Shown here: positions 58,018 through 64,000 of the stretch, piece by piece
How positions within the stretch are numbered: the stretch's first letter is position 1
Layout of the letters: each line of letters starts with the position of its first letter
From: Pandoraea sp.
GTDB taxonomy: Bacteria > Pseudomonadota > Gammaproteobacteria > Burkholderiales > Burkholderiaceae
Assembly (NCBI RefSeq): GCF_041919235.1
Contig: NZ_JAYRUC010000022.1
Coordinates: 22,138-86,137, forward strand
Reading direction: 5' to 3'
DNA length: 64,000 bases
Translations under genes and position numbers: made by a program
Notes under the pieces: model-generated
What the model was told of the DNA's origin: nothing
Seen by the model: the letters and a program-made list of their open reading frames with translations, nothing else
The model's database searches: none

Positions 58018-59082
58018 ATGGCCATCAATGCATACACCGGCCTGATGGGGTCCGGTAAAAGTTATGAGGTGGTCAGTAGCGTTATCGTGCCGGCTGTGAT
58101 CGCAGGGCGACGTGTCGTGACCAACATCGACGGCATACAGCCTGACCTCATTCGCAAATACTGCATCGATGTTCATAAGGCCGACGAGGGCGCATTGGGC
58201 GAAATTGTCCCGGTGACGAATGACGATGTAACGCGAGAGGGCTTCTTTCCCGACGAGACCAAACCCGAATCTCCGTCCATTGTGAAGCCCGGCGACCTTG
58301 TCACCATCGACGAGGCGTGGAATTTCTGGTCAACCAGCGGCAAGCTTTCGCCGGAGCATATGCGCTTTTTTCGCATGCACCGTCATTACGTGCATCCGGA
58401 CACTGGCATTGCATGCGATGTCGCTTTAATGATCCAGTCGATTGGCGATCTGCACCGCCAGTTGCGCGCCGTCGTGGAAATCACCTTCGTCACGAAGAAG
58501 CTCAAGGAACTGGGCTTCAACACGCGTTATCGCGTTGAGATGTATGAGGGTGGCAAAGTTACCAAGTTGAATCGGCTTGATACCTTCAACAAGACATATA
58601 GCAAGGCCGTTTTCCCTTTGTATCAATCGTACGCGGGCGGCAAGGGCAAAGAGAAGACCATCGACCGGCGTCAGAATCTGCTTAGCAACAAGCGGTTGTG
58701 GGGCTTAGCAATTGCCGTGGTTGCATCTTGGTCCATCGGCGGGACAATCGTCTGGCGGTACTTCCATCCGAGCGTCGACAATGCGGCAAAACCTGCCCAG
58801 ACGCCGGGGTATGCGTCCGCAGAGGCCATGCGTGCTTCCGCCAGCGATGCGAACACGTCATCGCCAGCGCAAAGTGCCTTCAGCGCAGGGTGGCGAGTGG
58901 CCGGGCACTATACGGTCGGGGACGGTCGATATGTTGTTGTCGCCGACGGCACAGGACGCCTTCGCGTCGAGTCGCCATCGGTGTTTCAAAACAGCGGCAT
59001 AGCTATCGTCGGTACGATCGATGGTGAGAGGGTAACGTCTTGGACAGGTGTCGCCCCGACAGGTAGAGGGGGCGTGCAATGA
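58018..59082 (+). CDS. Zot / g1p-family phage assembly ATPase
   Basis: MAINAYTGLMGSGKSYEVV Walker A, an IDEAW Walker B-like segment, and a TM segment near aa 290. Confidence 0.9.
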   Translation: MAINAYTGLMGSGKSYEVVSSVIVPAVIAGRRVVTNIDGIQPDLIRKYCIDVHKADEGALGEIVPVTNDDVTREGFFPDETKPESPSIVKPGDLVTIDEAWNFWSTSGKLSPEHMRFFRMHRHYVHPDTGIACDVALMIQSIGDLHRQLRAVVEITFVTKKLKELGFNTRYRVEMYEGGKVTKLNRLDTFNKTYSKAVFPLYQSYAGGKGKEKTIDRRQNLLSNKRLWGLAIAVVASWSIGGTIVWRYFHPSVDNAAKPAQTPGYASAEAMRASASDANTSSPAQSAFSAGWRVAGHYTVGDGRYVVVADGTGRLRVESPSVFQNSGIAIVGTIDGERVTSWTGVAPTGRGGVQ

Positions 59083-60779
59083 AATTCGCCCTGTGCACGC
59101 TGTTGAGCGTTGCAGCGCTGAGTGCTCACGCAGATGAATCCAAGATTGTCCAAGCCCCCATCGACTTTTCCGGTTTCCGTGAGCAAGAGGAGTACTCCCC
59201 GCTCGATCACTCGTCGCACCCGATGCTCGACGTTGAGCAAAAGCGGCAGGTGCAAAACGTCCCCCGCGGATCTCGACAACCAAAAATGACGGCTGGTGCG
59301 TTCGACTTCCAGCTTGTCAGTGTCTCGCAACTCATCACGCTGCTGTACGGCGAGGCGGTCAAGACACCGTACGTCATTGCACCGGAAGTGCTGCAAGACC
59401 AGCGACTAGTCTCTTTTCGCTACAACACGAAGCGCGGCGACCTGAAAGCGTTCCTCGCGCTATTTCTCGACTCGCTCGGCTTTTGCGTCGAGACACGATC
59501 AGGTGTCGACTTTGTTTTCAAGCGTCAGGAAGTCGATGCTGCCGTTGAGCCGAACCGCGACACGTTCGTCTATCACCCGCAGTATCGGGACACCGCATAT
59601 CTTGCGCGTCTCACCAGTCCGCTGTTCCGTGGTCAATTCACCGTCAATCGATCCGTTTCCGCGCCGCCGGAAACTCGCGTCGGCGGCCAGGTGCCGGACG
59701 GCTCTGTGGCATCGTTGATCGACCAGCGCGGCGATACGTTGCTCTTTCACGGTACGCCTTCTGAGATCGCAGTGCTTAAGCACCTGCTCCCTCAGCTCGA
59801 CACCCCTATGGGCGAAGTTAGCGTGCGTGCGGCCGCTTACGAAGTCGTCAATAGTTCCGAACGCGGCTCTGCCTTTCAACTCGCGCTGGATCTGCTCTCG
59901 AAGGGGCTCGGTATTGAGGTCTCTGTAGATGGGGACAAGTTCGGCAACGCAATCCGCTTGAAAGCGGGCGACTTCTCCACGGTCTTCTCGGCTTTGGCCA
60001 AGGACACCCGTTTTCAGGTCATCAACAGCCCGAACCTGCGCATTCGCTCCGGCGCTAGGGGCCGTCTCACGGTCGGCCAGAAGGTGCCTATCCTCAAGTC
60101 TGTGAGCTATCCGCGCGGTGGTGGTGAGCCGGTGCAATCGGTCGAATACCACTCGTCAGGTGTCATCTTCGAACTGGCCCCAACGGTCAAGGACCGAATC
60201 ATTGATCTGCGAGTTACCCAGCAGATCAGTGACTTCGTGAAAACGACGACTGGCGTCAACAACTCGCCGACGCTCAACACCCGAGAAGTCAGCACTGAAA
60301 TCAGTCTGCACGACGGTGACGTGATCCTCATGGGCGGTCTGACAACCAACAAGAGCACCGACAACCGCACGGGATTGGCGTTCCTGCCGCGCTTTCTGGA
60401 CAGTCATAGCGACGCCACGTCGAACACGGAAATCCTGCTGATGCTCCAGGTGGAGCGCGTGAGGGAGTCTAGCGTCGGGAGTGTCGGCGCCGATGCCGAA
60501 GCCGAAGGTGCTCACGAGCCGCACCGCGAAGTCCGGACCGATGACGCGCGGCCCAGCGCGGCTCGCGCGACCGAGCAGCGGGTAGCACTGCCGACGTCGG
60601 CCGAAGCTGCAACGTCCATCGCACCTCCCCTCACTGAAGACCGCTTTGCCGTCAGTCCTGTGCGTGAAGTGGCGCAGATGTCAGAGAGGGCGACGCGTCG
60701 GCCGCCCCCGCCGCCCGCAGGGTCGAGGACGGCGGGGGCGCGCGAAGCGCGCCCCTATATTTATATCAGTAACACTTAA
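59079..60779 (+). CDS. Phage-encoded secretin (g4p / GspD-family) with a ~105-aa C-terminal tail
   Basis: Signal peptide. Secretin core GQKVPIL...VIFELAPTV...GDVILMGGL...GLAFLPRFL. The start overlaps the Zot stop (ATGA). Confidence 0.85.
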   Translation: MKFALCTLLSVAALSAHADESKIVQAPIDFSGFREQEEYSPLDHSSHPMLDVEQKRQVQNVPRGSRQPKMTAGAFDFQLVSVSQLITLLYGEAVKTPYVIAPEVLQDQRLVSFRYNTKRGDLKAFLALFLDSLGFCVETRSGVDFVFKRQEVDAAVEPNRDTFVYHPQYRDTAYLARLTSPLFRGQFTVNRSVSAPPETRVGGQVPDGSVASLIDQRGDTLLFHGTPSEIAVLKHLLPQLDTPMGEVSVRAAAYEVVNSSERGSAFQLALDLLSKGLGIEVSVDGDKFGNAIRLKAGDFSTVFSALAKDTRFQVINSPNLRIRSGARGRLTVGQKVPILKSVSYPRGGGEPVQSVEYHSSGVIFELAPTVKDRIIDLRVTQQISDFVKTTTGVNNSPTLNTREVSTEISLHDGDVILMGGLTTNKSTDNRTGLAFLPRFLDSHSDATSNTEILLMLQVERVRESSVGSVGADAEAEGAHEPHREVRTDDARPSAARATEQRVALPTSAEAATSIAPPLTEDRFAVSPVREVAQMSERATRRPPPPPAGSRTAGAREARPYIYISNT

Positions 60780-60899
60780 CGTACAAACACCCGGCAAGCC
60801 CTGCCCGTAAAGGCAAGAACACTCCCCCCGAAAAAAGAAAGGCCCCGACCGCTGGAACGGTTCGAGGCCTGTACATCAACACGACAATTAGGAGTTGCC

Positions 60900-61676
60900 A
60901 TGTTTGAGACAAGTGTAAGTGATTATCCCTTCCGCCGCGAATACGTCGTCGGTGGTCGCGACTTTGGCGATGGTCAGGTAGAAATCGTCGTTACGCAGTT
61001 CGACCGCTACATGCGGGCACAGCAGCTTCACATGATGCCCAAAGCGAAGCGCGGCGAATCCGAGAAGAAGGAAGACAACCGGCTCGTGGCAGCCAAGCGG
61101 GCCAAACAGCAGGTCAGATTTCGCTGCAAGGCCATGCACGCGGATCGCATGATCACGTTGACGTACCGGGAGAACATGGAGGACAAGGAACGCCTCAAAC
61201 GCGACTTTGACAAGCTCCGGCGTCGTTTGGCGAAGCTCCATGACTTCCAGTATGTCGCCGTTCCCGAACGACAGATGCGCGGTGCGTGGCATCTGCACAT
61301 CGCCGTGAAGGGACGCCAGAACTACCGAGTGCTGCGCGCGATCTGGATTTCAATCGTCGGGGACGACAACGGCTATGTCCGAGTTTCCAACCCGTTCCGT
61401 CAAAAGGGCTTGCGCCACAAGCTGGCCGCCTATCTGAGCAAGTACATCACGAAAGACTTTGCCGAACACGAGATGAACGAGAAGCGCTATTGGACCAGCA
61501 AGGGGATCGCGGTTCCTGAGCGGCAGCCTATCGCCCACATCCTTAACGACGAACCCGAAAAGGCCATCGTGACCGCTTTCGAAGCGGCGGAGGCGTGGGG
61601 CGCGAGGTTGGACGACTGTCAGGTGTTCTGGGACGACTGGCAGGGGTGTTTGTGGCTAGCTACCCGCGAGACATGA
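60900..61676 (+). CDS. Rolling-circle replication initiator (HUH superfamily)
   Basis: Motifs ITLTY, HLHIAV (HUH) and YLSKYITKD (catalytic Tyr). AGGAG SD. Confidence 0.85.
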   Translation: MFETSVSDYPFRREYVVGGRDFGDGQVEIVVTQFDRYMRAQQLHMMPKAKRGESEKKEDNRLVAAKRAKQQVRFRCKAMHADRMITLTYRENMEDKERLKRDFDKLRRRLAKLHDFQYVAVPERQMRGAWHLHIAVKGRQNYRVLRAIWISIVGDDNGYVRVSNPFRQKGLRHKLAAYLSKYITKDFAEHEMNEKRYWTSKGIAVPERQPIAHILNDEPEKAIVTAFEAAEAWGARLDDCQVFWDDWQGCLWLATRET

Positions 61677-61722
61677 CGCAAAACGTTCCCACTAGTTCAA
61701 TCGCCCCAACCAATAGGAGCAC

Positions 61723-62007
61723 ATGATGCAAGCATCAACGAATTCAGCTACTCTCTCCAACGCCACACTGCCGAGTGTCGGTTTCGTCCGATTGCCTCAA
61801 GTTCTGGCCGCATTCCCTGTATCCCGGTCCGTTTGGCTCAGAGGAGTAAAGGAAGGACGATTCCCGAAGCCCGTTCACCTCGGCCCGCGTACTGTGGCAT
61901 GGCGAGTTGAGGACATCAGGACACTGATCGGAACGGCCTCAGAGGGCACATTAGGGGGTGGGGGCATCGCTGGGGGCATCAGCAAAACCGGATTCGGCGA
62001 AGCCTGA
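61723..62007 (+). CDS. AlpA-family excisionase/regulator
   Basis: FVRLPQVLAAFPVSRSVWLRGVKEGRFPKPVHLGPRTVAWRVEDIRTLI is the AlpA/Xis-type HTH. It is the last gene before attR. Confidence 0.85.
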   Translation: MMQASTNSATLSNATLPSVGFVRLPQVLAAFPVSRSVWLRGVKEGRFPKPVHLGPRTVAWRVEDIRTLIGTASEGTLGGGGIAGGISKTGFGEA

Positions 62008-62040
62008 TGCCATAAGGCTTGCAGCGGGTTATTAGGTTCT

Positions 62041-62060
62041 TCTCTCCGCACCAGCGACTT
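62041..62060 (+). repeat. attR core (degenerate copy of the tRNA-Thr 3' end)
   Basis: tctctccgcaccagcgactt compared with tctctccggcaccagcgactt at 49643. Confidence 0.8.
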
Positions 62061-62300
62061 CTTCAGTCCCTGGTCATGCAAGCAAGACGCAGTCCTTAGC
62101 AGTCAACAAGAAAGCCGCCCGAGTCAGTCGTGCGGCTTTTTTGTTTTCCCCCGCTCAGATCTCGCATCGTCGATCCAGTCAACGATACTGGGGGTGCTTC
62201 TGGGGGCATTTTTGGCGGCATTTCTGGGGGCATTTTCACCAGCGCCACGACCGATGCCCCCTACGCACCCCCAACAACGTCGTTGCCCCCATCGCCGACT
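62061..62300. mobile_element. Remnant left arm of a second, related integrative element (hairpin + arm-site cluster, no genes)
   Basis: It has the same layout as 49664-49830: hairpin with T-run (62112-62142), TGGGGGCAT copies (62201, 62225), and gaccgatgccccc shared with 49808. Confidence 0.6.
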
Positions 62301-62336
62301 TACCCTGGCCCGGGGGATATCGGACACGACACGGCG

Positions 62337-63005
62337 TCAGCCCTGCGCCGGTCCGTGCATGTCGTCGGCGCCCCCCGGTGCGTCATCGTGCTTCCCCTCG
62401 TCAGCGTCAGCCGACTGCGCCATCCAGGCGTGATAGCCCGCCACGCCCATCTGGCGCATGAGCGCTTCGTTGCGCTCAAAGATCGCCTCCGCCTCCGGGA
62501 AAGCCTCGACCGCACGATCGATACTCGACTCACGCAGCAAATGCAGAATCGGATACGGCGAGCGGTTGGTGTAGTTCTCCGCGTCGTCCGGCCCCGCACC
62601 TTCGAACTGATAGTCCGGGTGAAAACTCGCGATCTGCAATGCACCCTCGAGACGCTTCTGCCTGAGCATGCGCTCAGCAAAGAACAACGCGTCGTTGTAG
62701 TCGTGAAAATCGCGCAGCGCGCCCGGCACGATCAGCAGCGTCGTGTCGACCGCTTGCGGATCGGCATCGGCCAACCACTGCAACTCGCGTTCGAGATCGA
62801 GCATCACGCCCTCCCTATCGCGGGCCGCGCTCACCACGTAACGAATCTGGCCCTTGACGTGGACCGCCTTCGCAAATGGGCAAAGGTTCAGCCCGATCAC
62901 GGCGCGCGTGAGCCAGTGGCGCGTCGCCGCGATCACGACCTCAGCGTCCTGAACCTCCGCAAATTGAGGTTGTGTTTCACGCACTGGGCAGGTTTTCTCC
63001 GGCAT
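62337..63005 (-). CDS. DUF1415 family protein
   Basis: Contains GLNLCPFAKAV...LLIVPGALRDFHDYND...IASFHPDYQF... Confidence 0.75.
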   Translation of the reverse strand: MPEKTCPVRETQPQFAEVQDAEVVIAATRHWLTRAVIGLNLCPFAKAVHVKGQIRYVVSAARDREGVMLDLERELQWLADADPQAVDTTLLIVPGALRDFHDYNDALFFAERMLRQKRLEGALQIASFHPDYQFEGAGPDDAENYTNRSPYPILHLLRESSIDRAVEAFPEAEAIFERNEALMRQMGVAGYHAWMAQSADADEGKHDDAPGGADDMHGPAQG

Positions 63006-63164
63006 AGCGAGGCTTGGCGATCAATCGTTGAATACCGCATTGTAATTCGCTGCCGGCGCGCACCGTCATGTCCGCCACCGATAGCCCACCGGCACGAATG
63101 CCAAAACCGGCCTGCGGCATTTGCGCAAACATGCGGCTTTCCCACCGCCACGCGCCCAACGACC

Positions 63165-64000
63165 ATGCCCGGCACAACGTCCATCCCGTCTCCCGTCGCC
63201 AGCAGTCCCGAACCCCTCTCGCCCACCTCTCCCCCGCTCATCGGGCTCAATCAGGACGACCGCCGCTACAACACCAATATCGCGCCGCTGGCCGCCATGA
63301 CATTGAGTCAATTGCTCGACGCGCAGCGGTCCCGCAACTATCGCCAGCATGAAATCTGGAACACCCTGGTCAACGCGCAAACCTTTGCAGGCCGCGAGTT
63401 ACGGCTCGCCTGCGAAAGCGCATCGCCCAACGGGCCCCTGTTCCTCGAAATGGTGACGCTGCTCACGACGCAGGAGCAAGATCGCACCCTGGATCGATTG
63501 GCCGACGCGGGCATCTTCCTCGTGCCGGGGCGCACGCATCAACTGCGCGCCGAGGATGCTGCGCTCATGCGCAGCGACGAAGGCCTCAAACTTTGGTTGC
63601 AGTACGCGGCCGCACCGACCTGCTTTCTGAGCGTATTCGACGGCTCCGACGTGTTCGGCGAAGCCACCACGAAAAACCGCTCGCGTATCGACAAAATCAT
63701 CCGCGTGCTCATTGCGAGCGGCCGTGACGCCACCGACGCCTCGCCCTCGAACCCCACCGGCACGGCGCCTCGCAATCCACTCTCCCATTTGTGCGCACAG
63801 ATCGCCCCGCAATGGTTGCGCAGACTGCTTCAACTCGGCGCCTGCCCCAATCAGATGAATGACCAGGGCATGCCGTTGGCGGTGGTTGCCATGCGCGCCC
63901 AGGCGCTGCGTCTGTATACCGCCGGTCACGACCCCCTGGATCCGCATGACTCGCTACGCCAACTTGCGCAACTCTTCAGGCGACACGGCGGCGATCTGGC
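63165..64000 (+). CDS. Hypothetical protein, N-terminal part (runs off the window end)
   Basis: My own translation of frame 3: open from 63003 to 64000, with the first ATG at 63165. GC-rich third positions. Pro/Ser-rich N-terminus. Not in the ORF track because there is no stop codon. Confidence 0.55.
   Translation, partial: MPGTTSIPSPVASSPEPLSPTSPPLIGLNQDDRRYNTNIAPLAAMTLSQLLDAQRSRNYRQHEIWNTLVNAQTFAGRELRLACESASPNGPLFLEMVTLLTTQEQDRTLDRLADAGIFLVPGRTHQLRAEDAALMRSDEGLKLWLQYAAAPTCFLSVFDGSDVFGEATTKNRSRIDKIIRVLIASGRDATDASPSNPTGTAPRNPLSHLCAQIAPQWLRRLLQLGACPNQMNDQGMPLAVVAMRAQALRLYTAGHDPLDPHDSLRQLAQLFRRHGGDL

Larger units (their letters stand above)
49643..62060 (+). mobile_element. ~12.4-kb integrated element at tRNA-Thr: Pf-like filamentous prophage with a P4-type integrase, an AlpA excisionase and a DcdV-like cargo gene
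   Basis: Imperfect direct repeat of the tRNA 3' end at both borders. int next to attL and alpA next to attR. Shared TGGGGGCAT arm motifs. Full inovirus gene set. Composition shift. Confidence 0.85.

Noticed and set aside
62124-62461. ORFs 62141..62461 (+), 62194..62433 (+) and 62124..62327 (-) in the region after attR
   Set aside because: Their translations (…FWGHFWRHFWGHF…) are artefacts of the repeated TGGGGGCAT motif. They have no SD and overlap the DUF1415 gene end.
63399-63947. 182-aa minus-strand ORF near the window end
   Set aside because: It is antisense to the open-ended plus-strand frame, which has the better GC3 pattern. Its product is Arg/Gly/Ala-rich and featureless.

Overview
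This is a high-GC chromosomal segment that looks Burkholderiaceae-like, judged from gene content, gene order and codon bias; no search was run. Most of the window is ordinary core genome.

Core genes, in order:
- A LexA-box-controlled imuA-imuB-dnaE2 SOS mutagenesis cassette.
- mntH.
- A three-lipoprotein CsgG-like/DUF4810/DUF799 operon.
- A copper module: cueR, an EEP-family gene, copA and copZ, with two MerR-type promoters that have 19-bp spacers.
- An FMN riboswitch followed by ribB.
- A CPA2 antiporter.
- A DUF2848-GntR-amidase operon.
- dsbB.
- A purine-catabolism supercluster: a LysR gene, xdhABC, add, a purine permease and guaD.
- A yybP-ykoY Mn riboswitch followed by a UPF0016 exporter.
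- pepN, metE/metR, an aspartate carbamoyltransferase (ATCase) paralogue with an N-terminal extension, fbp and tRNA-Thr(CGU).

The one clear accessory region is a ~12.4-kb integrative element at 49643-62060, inserted at the 3' end of tRNA-Thr.
- It has a P4-type tyrosine integrase at the left end and an AlpA-type excisionase at the right end.
- It is bounded by an imperfect 20/21-nt direct repeat of the tRNA end.
- TGGGGGCAT arm-type motifs sit on both arms.
- It contains a complete Pf-like filamentous (inovirus) gene set: repressor, an internally duplicated putative ssDNA-binding protein, major coat, g3p-like, g6p-like, Zot/g1p, its own secretin, and an HUH rolling-circle Rep.
- It also carries a visibly AT-rich cargo gene for a 550-aa P-loop-kinase/cytidine-deaminase fusion. 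This has the architecture of DcdV-type anti-phage dCTP deaminases.
- A ~240-bp remnant of a second, related element follows attR.

Other points worth a second look:
- In-frame short tandem repeats inside three housekeeping genes (mntH, copA, pepN).
- A CueR with a 60-aa Cys-containing tail.
- An unannotated 46-aa ORF.
- An orphan pair of translationally coupled small ORFs.

All functional calls rest on reading the translated ORFs and recognising motifs. No database search was run.
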